Origin: Oligoflexales bacterium
GTDB lineage: Bacteria > Bdellovibrionota_B > Oligoflexia > Oligoflexales > JAPPIL01
Reading direction: 5' to 3'
NCBI GenBank assembly: GCA_965215515.1
Contig: OZ244057.1
Coordinates: forward strand, 224,001-288,000
DNA: 64,000 nt
Numbering within the stretch: position 1 is the stretch's first letter; every line of letters begins with the position of its first letter. The notes under the pieces are model-generated. The model saw only the letters and a program-made list of their open reading frames with translations. It was not told where the DNA came from and ran no database searches. A program made the position numbers and the translations under genes. Below, in pieces: positions 38,237 to 49,101 of the stretch.

Positions 38237-39649
38237 ATGGACACCCCTCTCGACACACCTATCGATAGAGATGCTTGCTACCAGATTGTGCACGATCAAC
38301 TGTTTCCCCTTTGCCGAGCAGAGGGAGATCTTGTCGGCATCGAGATCGAAGCGATCACCGCACAGATTACCCCCGCCTCTCTGCCTGCGGTAGTGCCGTT
38401 CTTCAACCCCAAAGGAAAAGGACTGCGCACAGTACTGCGTGATCTAGCGCAGCAAGAAGGCTGGTCTGATGCCTACGAAGGCGACGAACTCCTGTCCAAA
38501 GAGGCACTCAAGCTTAATTGGGGAGACAGCGGCGACAGTCTTACCTTCGAGCCTGGCGGGCAGATAGAGTATTCCTCCGCCCCGCACCGCGACGTGTCTA
38601 CCGTGTTACGACGCAGCCAGGAGGTGCAAGAGCAGCTCGCCGCCCATCTCGCGCAACACTCCATCCAGCTGCTACGGATAGGCATTAACCCTTGGCATAC
38701 CGTTGCCGAAATCGGTTTGCAGATTCCCAAAACCGCCTATCTGTTACTCGATCACCATTTTGGGAATTTCTCCCCCATCGGCAGACGCATGATGCAGCAG
38801 ACCTGTACCCAACAGCTCAACCTCGACTGCGGTGCGCATGACGAGCTGGTGGCGAAGCGTTATCTCGTGTGTAATTTACTCGCTCCCTACGGCGCGGCGA
38901 TGTTTGCCAATTCAGGTGTCTGGGATCGCCAACACATGGGCCTGCGCGGTTTTCGCACCCACATTTGGCGGGAACTCGACCGCAGCCGTACGGGTTTTCC
39001 CGACCTCAGGGGTGTAGCACGAGAGCGTAGCCGTGCTGCCTGTGCCCAGGCCTACGTGGATTTTGCTCTGCAAGCCCTGATCGTGCACCTCAGCAACAGC
39101 CCTAGCCGCGGCATCACCTTTCAGGACTGGCTCGATGCGGGCATAGAGGGTAAACGTCCGACCGTGAGAGATTTTCAAGACCACCTCTATACGCTTTTCC
39201 CCGAAGTGCGGCCACGCGGCTATCTTGAGCTACGTTCGCTCGACTGCCAGCTACTCGGCTGGCAACATGCACCCGTAGCCTTCTATCTGGGCATCGTCTA
39301 CCACCCTACTCATCTCGATCGGGCGCTCGACGAGCTGTTGCCCGAACTCGGTCAGCAGGAGAAGATGATGCACCTCGCCTGTCACGGTCTGGCACAGAGG
39401 GATGAAAATTTTCACCAGCGTCTGTGCTGGTTGGCGGAGTTGGCTATCACAGGCATGGGCACTCTGCCGCCACGCTTACGCTGTGCTGACGCACAAAAAC
39501 GGCTGCAATTTTTTTTCGAACACTTTACCCTGCAAAGCAAAACGCCAGCTGCCGATATGCAGCTGCTGGCAAAAAACAGCGATGCGGATTATCTTTGCCC
39601 CGCGCAGCTCTCGCGGTTGGAGGCAACGTGGGTTGCGCGGCTGGCGTGA
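38237..39649 (+). CDS. Glutamate--cysteine ligase family (GCS2)
   Basis: VGIEIE, TFEPGGQIEYS, TLFPEVRPRGYLELRSLD. Confidence 0.9.
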   Translation: MDTPLDTPIDRDACYQIVHDQLFPLCRAEGDLVGIEIEAITAQITPASLPAVVPFFNPKGKGLRTVLRDLAQQEGWSDAYEGDELLSKEALKLNWGDSGDSLTFEPGGQIEYSSAPHRDVSTVLRRSQEVQEQLAAHLAQHSIQLLRIGINPWHTVAEIGLQIPKTAYLLLDHHFGNFSPIGRRMMQQTCTQQLNLDCGAHDELVAKRYLVCNLLAPYGAAMFANSGVWDRQHMGLRGFRTHIWRELDRSRTGFPDLRGVARERSRAACAQAYVDFALQALIVHLSNSPSRGITFQDWLDAGIEGKRPTVRDFQDHLYTLFPEVRPRGYLELRSLDCQLLGWQHAPVAFYLGIVYHPTHLDRALDELLPELGQQEKMMHLACHGLAQRDENFHQRLCWLAELAITGMGTLPPRLRCADAQKRLQFFFEHFTLQSKTPAADMQLLAKNSDADYLCPAQLSRLEATWVARLA

Positions 39650-39667
39650 CAGAGGAGAACGGACACA

Positions 39668-42600
39668 GTGCAAGACCCGCACGACGGAGAGACAGGCAAG
39701 CAAGAGACCAGCGATGACGAGCAGGAGCAGGCATCCGCACTGCTCGCGACGCTCAGCGACGCACCGACTCCGTATCCAGAGATCTCCTACGGGGCACAGA
39801 AAAGCGGCGGTGAACTGGCCGCCTACATCGAGGAGGTTTCCGACACGGTGCGCATCGGTTTCGATCAGAGTATCGCTATCCTCTCTCCCTGGTTTTTCAA
39901 TAACATGCCCCATGTCTATTATCAGACGACACCGAAAGCCGAGAAGATCAAGCATCTATCGACGATTATTACGGGGCATGTCTTTGAGACCAAACAGACG
40001 GTCGAGTTGTGGAATAGGCATCGCAACAAAGTAACCTACATCGGGCCTGGTAACGACCGTCAAATTACCCTCGATATGGCGCATCGCCTAGCTTCCATCA
40101 AACTCGATATCAAGATGGGTTTTCTCTATTTTTCCCGCGACCATCTGCTTTTTTTGTCCTCTTTCTTTTGTCAAAAACGCAAACCAGTCGATCACAACAA
40201 CCCTCGTATCACCGAAAAAATAGACAAGGCAGCCCGTCTTTTGCTGGCAGAATCCCCCCACAATAAGGATAGCGTGAATTATTTTGTGCAAAATCTTGAC
40301 AACGACTTTGTCATGTATGCAACGGTCTCACGTATTCAGCTTACCTATCGCATGGTGCAATTCATGTTGCACCATGAAGGTGCGCATACGACCGTCTATC
40401 GTCTCAAGGACACATCGCAAATAAGCTTGACCTTAGGCACGAAAGGGGTAGATATTTCCAAAATATTGGAACAAATTCTCAACCTCATTCATCGCTACGG
40501 TTTCGCTATTGTGCGGGCTTTCTTGGTCAATTTTAACGAGGTTTGGAAAGAGCCGATTTCAGTTATCAACTTCGCCTTAAGTATCGAGTCATCGCGACAG
40601 AAGGAGGGCGAAGAGGTCTCGTTACTCAAACTGAACAAAGCCTTGCGCACACTGGGATGGGTAGACAACGATGAGTATACTGATTTCAGCAAAGATCGCT
40701 GGAATTTTTCTATCAACTCGATCAATCTCGTGCGTGCGATCGCACAGTGGATACATATCTTATTGGGAAAACGTAATCACTACTACTATTCGCAGTATAA
40801 GATCCGCGAGACTTTCTTTAAACATGCTGAATTGCTTAAGGGGGCGGTGGCGCTGTTTCGTTTGCGTTTCGACCCTCTCAACGTGCGTGCCCAAGCGGAT
40901 GAGCAGTATGAGCGTGACAAACAAACCTTGCTAGCTAAGATCAGCAAAATTATCGACGAAGTTGAACAAACAATTCTCGTCGAGTGTGTGCATTTTATCG
41001 ACAATATTTTAAAAACCAATTATTTTTTGCACACCAAGACAGGGCTTGCTTTTCGTCTTGCCCCGCAGATTCTTGATAAAAAATACTACCCTCACGAGCC
41101 GTTTGGAATTTTTTACATCGTCGGCATAGGTTATCGTTTTTTTCACGTGCGTTGGAAAGACATCTCTCGTGGCGGTGTCCGAGTGATTATCTCGAAGAAT
41201 GTCTCCGATGCTGACTTTGCCTTGTCAGGTCTGTTCGATGAGGTTTACGGACTTAGTCATGCCCAACAGTTGAAAAACAAAGACATTCCTGAAGGTGGTT
41301 CCAAGGGAGTCTTGTTGGTCAGGCCTGGCACTGACAAGGATCGTGCTCTGCGGGGAGCGATCAATGCTTTTCTTGATTTGCTCGTGCCTACCGACGAAGC
41401 GCGTGAAGCCTCGTCTTCGCAACAGGTCAGGTATTATGAGGCCGATGAGATAATATATTTGGGGCCTGATGAGAATGTTTCCGAGGATTTGATCGAGTGG
41501 ATTGCAGAACAGGCAAGAAGACGCGGCTACCGCTATGCTAGTGCTTTTGTTTCCAGCAAACCTGAGAACGGCATCAACCACAAACGTTATGGCGTGACCA
41601 GCGAAGGGGTCAATGTTTTTGTCGGGCACACTCTGCGGCATCTCGGTATCGATTTAAAAAAACAAAACTTCAGCATCACGATGATGGGCGGCCCCGATGG
41701 CGATGTGGCAGGCAATGAACTAAAAATTCTGCACCGTGAGTATGGTGATAGGGCACGGGTTAAGGTGGTTGCGGATGGCAAGGGGGTGGCCTACGATCCT
41801 AACGGTTTGGCCTGGCAGGAGTTGTTGCGTCTGTGCGCAGAGAGTGTCTCTATTGTCAACTTCAATCCCCAGTATTTGCGCAGTGCGGGGGCGTTCGTGC
41901 GGGAAGCGGACACGGCGGAGAACATCGCCACCCGTAACGAGTTGCCGTTACAGGCCGAGGCGGATATTTTTATCCCTGCGGGGGGTAGGCCTTATACGAT
42001 CAGCAGCAAAAACTGGCGTTTGTTCCTCAACGAGGACGAGCGACCGACAAAGAAAGCTATCATCGAGGGAGCGAACATTTTTTTCACCAGCTCGGCACGC
42101 GATGCGCTGCAAGAACATGGTATCTTGATTATCAAGGATTCCAGTGCCAACAAAGGTGGGGTGATCTGCTCTTCGTATGAGGTGCTTGCCTCATTGCTGT
42201 TGTCGGCGCAGGAATTCCGTGCGCTCAAAGAGCTCTACGTGCAGCAGGTAGTAAAAATTTTACAAGGCAAGGCTGCCAGCGAAGCGCGCTTGTTGTTTCG
42301 GGAGTATGTTGCCCACGGTCGTCAGAAAAACCTCGTCGCCATCTCGATGGAAATTTCCGCACAAATTAACAGCGTCAAGGGTGCGCTGCTTGAATATTTT
42401 CTCGCCCATCCATCCGAGTTAGAAGAAAACCGCATTTATCAAAAAATGATCCTCGCCAATTGTCCCCCCATTTTGGTAAAAAAGTATGCTAACCGTATTT
42501 TGCACGATCTTCCCTCAGCCCACAAGATTGCCTTACTCGCCTCCGCGATCGCCAGCAATATCATCTACCGCGAGGGGATCGATTGGATCGACAGTTTATC

Positions 42601-42775
42601 GGTTGACGATCGTTTGCGTGTTGCACTGGCTTATGTCAATCAAGAACAAATGACCGCTGATCTCGTTGCCCAAGTGGAAGCCTCTGCCATGCAGGACAAA
42701 GACAAAATCGCCAACGTCTTGCGCATGGGGGCAACCCGTAACCTCACCATGTTGGAGATAATCGATCAGCTGTAG
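39668..42775 (+). CDS. Large NAD-specific glutamate dehydrogenase
   Basis: ISRGGVR, KNKDIPEGGSKG, GGPDGDVAGN, IEGANIF, SANKGGVICSSYE. Confidence 0.93.
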   Translation: MQDPHDGETGKQETSDDEQEQASALLATLSDAPTPYPEISYGAQKSGGELAAYIEEVSDTVRIGFDQSIAILSPWFFNNMPHVYYQTTPKAEKIKHLSTIITGHVFETKQTVELWNRHRNKVTYIGPGNDRQITLDMAHRLASIKLDIKMGFLYFSRDHLLFLSSFFCQKRKPVDHNNPRITEKIDKAARLLLAESPHNKDSVNYFVQNLDNDFVMYATVSRIQLTYRMVQFMLHHEGAHTTVYRLKDTSQISLTLGTKGVDISKILEQILNLIHRYGFAIVRAFLVNFNEVWKEPISVINFALSIESSRQKEGEEVSLLKLNKALRTLGWVDNDEYTDFSKDRWNFSINSINLVRAIAQWIHILLGKRNHYYYSQYKIRETFFKHAELLKGAVALFRLRFDPLNVRAQADEQYERDKQTLLAKISKIIDEVEQTILVECVHFIDNILKTNYFLHTKTGLAFRLAPQILDKKYYPHEPFGIFYIVGIGYRFFHVRWKDISRGGVRVIISKNVSDADFALSGLFDEVYGLSHAQQLKNKDIPEGGSKGVLLVRPGTDKDRALRGAINAFLDLLVPTDEAREASSSQQVRYYEADEIIYLGPDENVSEDLIEWIAEQARRRGYRYASAFVSSKPENGINHKRYGVTSEGVNVFVGHTLRHLGIDLKKQNFSITMMGGPDGDVAGNELKILHREYGDRARVKVVADGKGVAYDPNGLAWQELLRLCAESVSIVNFNPQYLRSAGAFVREADTAENIATRNELPLQAEADIFIPAGGRPYTISSKNWRLFLNEDERPTKKAIIEGANIFFTSSARDALQEHGILIIKDSSANKGGVICSSYEVLASLLLSAQEFRALKELYVQQVVKILQGKAASEARLLFREYVAHGRQKNLVAISMEISAQINSVKGALLEYFLAHPSELEENRIYQKMILANCPPILVKKYANRILHDLPSAHKIALLASAIASNIIYREGIDWIDSLSVDDRLRVALAYVNQEQMTADLVAQVEASAMQDKDKIANVLRMGATRNLTMLEIIDQL

Positions 42776-42824
42776 AGGACGGGTAATCTGCGGTGCGGTA
42801 CTAACTTTCTGCGCTGATCCAGCC

Positions 42825-44072
42825 GTGGTCAGCTGGCGGCGTGCTACCCGCTTTTATCGCCGCGGTGCGGTTGCCATCGCGGCTGATGGCCGCATAGTTT
42901 GGCGTGGCTATGCGGCCCGTTTACCACAACGGTTTCGTTGTCTGCCACACGATAACTATGGCGAAGCGCTGGTGTTGCCAGGCTTCATCGATGCTCATAT
43001 CCACTTTCCCCAACAACGGATGCTGGCTACGGCAGGCAAAGATTTACTCGCTTGGTTGCAGCGTTTTACTTTTCCAGAGGAATGTCGCTACGCCTCGCAC
43101 ACGCACGCCCGCAAGGGTGCGGAAGCTTTCCTCGATTGCCTAGTGCAGCACGGGACTACCGCCGCAGTGGTTTTTTCCACCGTGCACCGTGCGGCAACCG
43201 CTATTCTCTTTGCCGCGGCAGCACGCCGCCACATCGCAATCATCAGCGGCAAAACGATGATGGATCGCAACGCCCCTGTCGCATTGTGCGATGATCCCGA
43301 ATCAAGTGCACGTGACAGCGAAGCACTGATCGCACAGTGGCATCGCCGCGGGCGGTCACGCTACGCCATCACCGTGCGTTTTGCGGTAACCTCGAGCACC
43401 GCACAGCTGCGCGCCGCAGGGGATCTTGCCGCACGCCACCCCGACTGCTATGTGCATAGTCACCTCGCCGAGAGCGAAGGTGAGATTGCCATGGTGCGAC
43501 AGCTGTTTCCCTGGGCAAAAGACTACACCGATGTCTACGACCGTTTCGGTTTGCTCGGTCGTCGCAGCTTGTTCGCCCACGGTGTGCATCTCTCGGAACG
43601 TGAATGTGCCCGTCTCTGCGAGGCTGAAGCGACGGTAATACACTGCCCCACCTCCAATAACTTTCTCGGCTCGGGACTCTTCAATACCAGCCACGTAGGG
43701 CGAGCGGATCGTCCCGTACGCATCGGTATTGCCACCGATGTCGGCGCGGGCACAAGTTATGCGATGCTGCATACCCTCGGTGAAGCTTACAAAGTAGCGA
43801 TGCTGGGCGGTCGGCGATTGACTGCACACGAACTTTTTCATCGCTCCACACGCGGCAATGCCATGCACCTCGGTCTTGATAAGGAGATCGGGGTACTTGA
43901 ACCAGGAAGGTGGGGGGACGTGGTGGTACTCGATCCCACCGCCACCCCAGTTCTACAGGCACGGCATACCTTGTCCAAGAATCTCGAAGACACGCTCTTC
44001 GCCCTCGCCATCCTCGGAGATGACCGTGCCGTGCGCGCAACGTATATCGCAGGACAGCGGGTGTGGGGATGA
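42825..44072 (+). CDS. guaD: Guanine deaminase
   Basis: PGFIDAHIHFPQ, HLAES, HCPTSNNFLGSG, TDVGAGTS; true start may lie upstream. Confidence 0.93.
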   Translation: MVSWRRATRFYRRGAVAIAADGRIVWRGYAARLPQRFRCLPHDNYGEALVLPGFIDAHIHFPQQRMLATAGKDLLAWLQRFTFPEECRYASHTHARKGAEAFLDCLVQHGTTAAVVFSTVHRAATAILFAAAARRHIAIISGKTMMDRNAPVALCDDPESSARDSEALIAQWHRRGRSRYAITVRFAVTSSTAQLRAAGDLAARHPDCYVHSHLAESEGEIAMVRQLFPWAKDYTDVYDRFGLLGRRSLFAHGVHLSERECARLCEAEATVIHCPTSNNFLGSGLFNTSHVGRADRPVRIGIATDVGAGTSYAMLHTLGEAYKVAMLGGRRLTAHELFHRSTRGNAMHLGLDKEIGVLEPGRWGDVVVLDPTATPVLQARHTLSKNLEDTLFALAILGDDRAVRATYIAGQRVWG

Positions 44073-44150
44073 GCGAGGTGCAGGGCATTCGTGTAGTGTA
44101 TTTTTTTGTGCTGTGCTAGAATGGGCTACACGTAGCGTGGGAGTGCGAGA

Positions 44151-45614
44151 GTGGGTGCGGGTGTCATCAAAGAACATTTCATCGAGGAGGACTATCTCGA
44201 TTTTAGCGGTCGTCTAGAGATACAGCTTGCACAATTGCGCGAACAGCTCGGCAAGCCAGCCTTTAGCCGTAAAATTTTCAGTATCGGTGCGGAGTTGGAG
44301 GTCTATCTGATAGATAACAATTATCTTCCTGTCCCGATCAATCAGACACTTCTGGATCTGAGCAACAACCCCCAATTCACCCCAGAACTCAGCCGCTATA
44401 ACCTAGAGATGAACATGACTCCGGTGAAATTACCTGGGGCGGCCTTTACCACCCTGAGCGAGGAAATGTCATCCTTCCTAGGCGAGCTCCAAAAACACGC
44501 GGCGAGTGTCGATGCCAATGTCCTTCCTATCGGCACGCTACCGACGTTAAGTAAGACTCACTTCGACTCGTCTTACGTAACCGATAACCCTCGCTACCAC
44601 GCCCTGGCCAGAGGGTTATCGAGCGAAGAAGGTAGTCGCTACAGAATCAACATTAGCGGCGAAGACAGTTTTCTTATGGAAGGGGAGGGGATCGCGGCGG
44701 AGGGTGCTAATACTTCCTTTCAGGTGCATCTGCGCATCCCTGCGCATCACTTTGTGCGTTGCTTTAACGCCGCGCAGCTGGCTATCCCTCTGGTGTTGTC
44801 CTTGGCCGCCAACTCTCCGATGTTATCAGGACATCGCTTGTGGCAAGAGACCCGCATCGCTTTGTTTAAACAAAGCATTGATTTTCGTAAGTCACAGGGA
44901 CAAAACTGGCGCCACCCATCCAGAGTAACCTTTGGGCACGGTTGGCTCAGGCAAGGAGCGTGGGAGTTGTTTGCCGAAAACGTCGCTCTTTTCCCCGCCA
45001 TCTTGCCTGTCCTATACGATGAAGATCCAGACAAAGACCCCCCGTCGTTGTCGGAGCTTTGTCTACATAACGGCACGGTTTGGTCTTGGAATAGGGCAGT
45101 ATACAGCGATGTCGAGGAGGGACACCTACGTATCGAGTTTCGTGCCCTTCCAGCGGGGCCGACAGTGCTGGACATGATGGCTAACGCCGCTTTCATTATC
45201 GGCCTTACCTTGGGAATGCAGGAGTTTGCCAATGAGCTGATTACAGGCCTACCGTTTCGCTTAGCAGAGTACAACTTCTACCGCAGTGCGCAGGATGGTA
45301 TCAACGCTAAGCTGCTGTGGCCGAGCCATTATCTGGGGGGAATTAGCGAAATACCCGTCACAGAGTTGATCGCACGCTTTCTCCCCTTAGCGCGGGAGGG
45401 CTTGAGCATTTTGGCCAGTGACAAGCACGAAAACGATCGTTTGATGACAATCATTGAGGAGAGGCTGGCGAAGAAAACCAACGGCGCAACCTGGCAGTTA
45501 AAGCGCCATGCGCACTATCGCAAGAGTTGTTCCTCGGCGGAAGCCGCGACACGCATGCTAAAAGATTACCGAGAAAATTTTTTAGACGGCAAACCAGTGG
45601 CACAATGGAACTGA
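44151..45614 (+). CDS. Second glutamate--cysteine ligase family protein
   Basis: IGAELE, ELSRYNLE, TSFQVHL, HNGTVWSWNR, HLRIEFRALPAGPT. Confidence 0.88.
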   Translation: MGAGVIKEHFIEEDYLDFSGRLEIQLAQLREQLGKPAFSRKIFSIGAELEVYLIDNNYLPVPINQTLLDLSNNPQFTPELSRYNLEMNMTPVKLPGAAFTTLSEEMSSFLGELQKHAASVDANVLPIGTLPTLSKTHFDSSYVTDNPRYHALARGLSSEEGSRYRINISGEDSFLMEGEGIAAEGANTSFQVHLRIPAHHFVRCFNAAQLAIPLVLSLAANSPMLSGHRLWQETRIALFKQSIDFRKSQGQNWRHPSRVTFGHGWLRQGAWELFAENVALFPAILPVLYDEDPDKDPPSLSELCLHNGTVWSWNRAVYSDVEEGHLRIEFRALPAGPTVLDMMANAAFIIGLTLGMQEFANELITGLPFRLAEYNFYRSAQDGINAKLLWPSHYLGGISEIPVTELIARFLPLAREGLSILASDKHENDRLMTIIEERLAKKTNGATWQLKRHAHYRKSCSSAEAATRMLKDYRENFLDGKPVAQWN

Positions 45615-46612
45615 AGATTTGGCAGGATCCCCAGACAAGCGAAGTAGGCGATACCCCCGAAGATTTTTTGCATATACTGGGTGGTGCGACGGCATTGCGC
45701 CTTACGGGCAAAGATCGTTCCCGCACCAGAGTGTTGGTAACCCTCACCCATGGCAACGAACCCTCTGGTTTCAGAGCTGTGCATCGCTGGCTGGCAGAAG
45801 GGCATCGCCAACCCGCGGTCAACATCGTAGTTATCCTCAGTGCGGTGGAGACGGCACTGACTCGTCCTTTCTTTTTTTACCGTCACTTGCCTGGACGACG
45901 CGACCTCAATCGCTGTTTTCGTCCCCCCTATGAAGGTAGGGAGGGGCGGTTAGCCGCGGCTATTCTGACCGAAATTCGTCATCACCATCCCGAAGCAGTG
46001 GTGGACATGCATAACACTTCTGGTTCGAGCCACGCCTTTGCCGTTGTTCACCGTGACAGTTTCGCTAAAAGGCAGCTGGCAAGCCTTTTTGTCGATTGCT
46101 TGATCGATTCCAGGCTGTGTTTGGGGGCGTTGATGGAGCAAGACCAACAGCTGGGAGTTCCTATCATCACCATCGAAGCAGGGGGGGTGCAAGACCCACA
46201 AACGACAGCTGATACTTGGCGGGGGGTAGAGACTTATTTTTTGAAGGACAATTTGTACAAATCTTCTCGCGATATTTTTGTCTTCAATAACCCCCTGCGT
46301 CTAGAGCTTGCTCCTAAGACCAGTATCGATTATGCCGACCGTCGCATGCCTGAGACAAATGTAGTTATGCGCAAAGACATAGAAAAGTTTAACTTTTATC
46401 CTATCGATAAAGACGAGATGCTGGGATGGTTGAATATCAGAGGCATCGCTGGTTTGAAAGTCATCAAAGAAAACACAACTCGTGATGCTAACGAGTTTTT
46501 TAAGCTTAAAGAAGGCAAATTCTATCCTCGCCACAAGATGCAAATTTTCATGGCCACTACCCAACGTAATATCGCGGTGTCAGATTGTCTTTTTTATTTC
46601 ATAAATTCCTAG
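45605..46612 (+). CDS. Succinylglutamate desuccinylase/aspartoacylase (M14) family protein
   Basis: THGNEPSG, DLNRCF, DMHNT; ATG 45605 overlaps the upstream gene. Confidence 0.88.
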   Translation: MELKIWQDPQTSEVGDTPEDFLHILGGATALRLTGKDRSRTRVLVTLTHGNEPSGFRAVHRWLAEGHRQPAVNIVVILSAVETALTRPFFFYRHLPGRRDLNRCFRPPYEGREGRLAAAILTEIRHHHPEAVVDMHNTSGSSHAFAVVHRDSFAKRQLASLFVDCLIDSRLCLGALMEQDQQLGVPIITIEAGGVQDPQTTADTWRGVETYFLKDNLYKSSRDIFVFNNPLRLELAPKTSIDYADRRMPETNVVMRKDIEKFNFYPIDKDEMLGWLNIRGIAGLKVIKENTTRDANEFFKLKEGKFYPRHKMQIFMATTQRNIAVSDCLFYFINS

Positions 46613-46638
46613 TCAAGGGCAGATAATAGGCTGTGTAG

Positions 46639-47715
46639 ATGCGCTTATTTTTTTACATCCTTAAACGCTACTGTGCCTACGCGGTAGCGGTCGTTGCCCT
46701 GTGTTCTTTTTTGTTTATTTTTTTCGATTTTGGCCATCGGGCGCGGGTTTTTTTCAGCAAAGTCGATCCTCCCGCGCTCGATATCGGGAAATTTTATTTT
46801 TTGCAACTACCATTTTTTGGCGTGCAGGCGTTGCCGATTGCGGCGTTATTGGCTTCGGTGTTGACGATGCTGGTGTTGGGGCGCAACAACGAAATTACCG
46901 CGCTGCGCGCCGCGGGGGCAAGCCCCCTGCGCTTGTCTACCCCGTTACTGGCGGGAGGTCTGTTGTGCGCTGCTCTTGGCTGCTGGGCAGGTGAATATCT
47001 TGTGCCCGCAAGTGCGCTGCGTATGCGACAGCTGGAAGCACAGATGGCAGGTGATGTTGTTTATCGTCCTGACAAACACGTCTGGTTGAAAAACGGCAAC
47101 ACGATTTTTCGTTACCGCACTTTCAATCCCTATCGTCAACGTTTACTGGGCTTGAAACAGATAGAGCTGAGGGAAGATTTCGGGGTGCGGAGTATTGCCA
47201 CTGCTGCACAAGCTGATTATCGTGGTGAAGATTGGCTGCTGCACGCAGTACGTGCGCGGCACTACGATCGGCACGGTCTACTGACGCAGACAGAAGAAAT
47301 GGAATACTTGGCGATGAAGTTGCCCTTTGCCATCGCTTGGCTACAGCGCGAACAACGCAAACCGCTGGAAATGAAACGAGCCGAACTCATTGCCCTGATC
47401 CGTACACGGCATGCACGCGGTGAGCCTACCCTCGCACCAGAGGTTGACCTGCATTTGAAAATAGCCTACCCGTGCGCCGCATTGTTCGTGGTGTTACTGG
47501 GAGTGCGGTTTGGTTTTCTCTACCACCGTCGTGTGGTGCGAGGAGTGATGGCCACGTTTGTTGTCGGTTTCGTCTACTGGCTACTGCTCGGCATCTGCAC
47601 GGCGTTGGGGCGGGTGGGAGCACTGCCCCCCTTCATCGCCGCGTGGTTTGCCAATGCGGTACTGCTACTCTACTGTTTGCGGCAGATGCACACGGTGTAC
47701 AGTCGGCTAGCTTAG
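46639..47715 (+). CDS. LptF/LptG family LPS export permease
   Basis: LPIAALLA, RNNEITALRAAGAS, multiple TM helices, AAWFAN. Confidence 0.92.
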   Translation: MRLFFYILKRYCAYAVAVVALCSFLFIFFDFGHRARVFFSKVDPPALDIGKFYFLQLPFFGVQALPIAALLASVLTMLVLGRNNEITALRAAGASPLRLSTPLLAGGLLCAALGCWAGEYLVPASALRMRQLEAQMAGDVVYRPDKHVWLKNGNTIFRYRTFNPYRQRLLGLKQIELREDFGVRSIATAAQADYRGEDWLLHAVRARHYDRHGLLTQTEEMEYLAMKLPFAIAWLQREQRKPLEMKRAELIALIRTRHARGEPTLAPEVDLHLKIAYPCAALFVVLLGVRFGFLYHRRVVRGVMATFVVGFVYWLLLGICTALGRVGALPPFIAAWFANAVLLLYCLRQMHTVYSRLA

Positions 47716-47731
47716 CTGCGCCACCCAGCCC

Positions 47732-48991
47732 TTACAGGTACGGTTGCAAGCAAGAAGGCACGTTGACGTAGCCGTCGGCGGTCTGATGGCATTCGAGCAG
47801 AGGGATGAGGATGCGTGGCGAGGCAATGGCAGTGTTGTTGAGCGTGTAGCACCAGTGTTTGCGGTTGTCGTGGGCGCGGTAGCGAATTTGCAAGCGCCGC
47901 GCCTGGAAATCAAGCAGCGTCGAACAACTGTGTGTTTCTCCGTAAGCGTTGCGCGACGGCATCCACGTCTCGATATCGTGTTTGCGATACTGCCCCACAC
48001 CGAGATCACCCGTGCATACCTGCACGACACGATAAGGTAAACCCAAGTCCTGTACGATTTCTTCGGAATTAGCCAGCAGTTCGTCGTGCAGTTGCTCGGA
48101 ATCGTGCTCATCGGCAACCGAGATAATCAACTGTTCGATTTTTTGAAACTGATGTACTCGAAACAGACCGTGGGTATCCTTGCCGTACGTGCCCGCCTCG
48201 CGGCGAAAGCAAGAGGAATGTGCCATGTAGCGCCGCGGCAGGTCAGCGTGAGCGAGAATTTCGCCCTGATGATAGGCGACCAGAGATACTTCGGATGTGC
48301 CTACCAGTGCCAACTCGTCTTTTTCTAGACGATAGGTCTGTTCTCGTCCTACGGGAAAGTAGCCCGAACCGATCAACGCATGTTCCCTGAGCAACACAGG
48401 AACAGAAAATGGGACGAAGCCTTTGCGCAACAACTTGTGCCACACGTACTGTAACACGGCGTTTTCTAGGCGTGCCACAAACCCCCGCAGCATGTAGGAA
48501 CGACGGCCCGCTAATTTTACGCCACGAACGATGTCGATGCCTGCGTTAATTTTGCCTAGCTCGACATGGTCTCTAGGCTGGAAGTCAAACTGCGGCGGTG
48601 TGCCGTGTCTCTTGATCTCAACGTTATCCTGATCGCTCGTCCCCACAGGCACATCGGCACGCGGCGGCAGCGGCACGGCCAGCAATAACTCGTCGAGTTC
48701 CTCCAGCAAAGGACGGCATGCCTGTGTCACCCGTTCGATCTCCTGCTTCAAGGCCAGACCGCGCGCCCGCAAGTCCTGCTGGCATATGGCACTAGCCCCC
48801 TTCATCTGTTTGGCAGTTGTGTTACGCTCGCTTTGCAGTTTCTCAATCTCCCGCTGACGCGGCCGCAGCTCGGCATCGAGGGCAAGGATACGATCGATGT
48901 CAGCGTCGACTCGCTTGTGTGTACAAGCACGGCGAAAGAGATCGGGCTGGGTGCGAATACTTTTGAGATCGAGCGATGCGGGCATGTGCAC
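47732..48991 (-). CDS. serS: Serine--tRNA ligase
   Basis: GTSEV, CFRREAG, GLFRVHQFQKIE, TLNNTAIASPR. Confidence 0.98.
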   Translation of the reverse strand: MHMPASLDLKSIRTQPDLFRRACTHKRVDADIDRILALDAELRPRQREIEKLQSERNTTAKQMKGASAICQQDLRARGLALKQEIERVTQACRPLLEELDELLLAVPLPPRADVPVGTSDQDNVEIKRHGTPPQFDFQPRDHVELGKINAGIDIVRGVKLAGRRSYMLRGFVARLENAVLQYVWHKLLRKGFVPFSVPVLLREHALIGSGYFPVGREQTYRLEKDELALVGTSEVSLVAYHQGEILAHADLPRRYMAHSSCFRREAGTYGKDTHGLFRVHQFQKIEQLIISVADEHDSEQLHDELLANSEEIVQDLGLPYRVVQVCTGDLGVGQYRKHDIETWMPSRNAYGETHSCSTLLDFQARRLQIRYRAHDNRKHWCYTLNNTAIASPRILIPLLECHQTADGYVNVPSCLQPYL

Positions 48992-49101
48992 CTGTCACGT
49001 CTATCGTGCTCGCCAGTATATCAGAGACATCAACCCCCGCGCAAAGATTTTCACCGCACGGGGAGAATGGCAAGACAGTCATTCGCTGCGGTCAAACGTG
49101 T

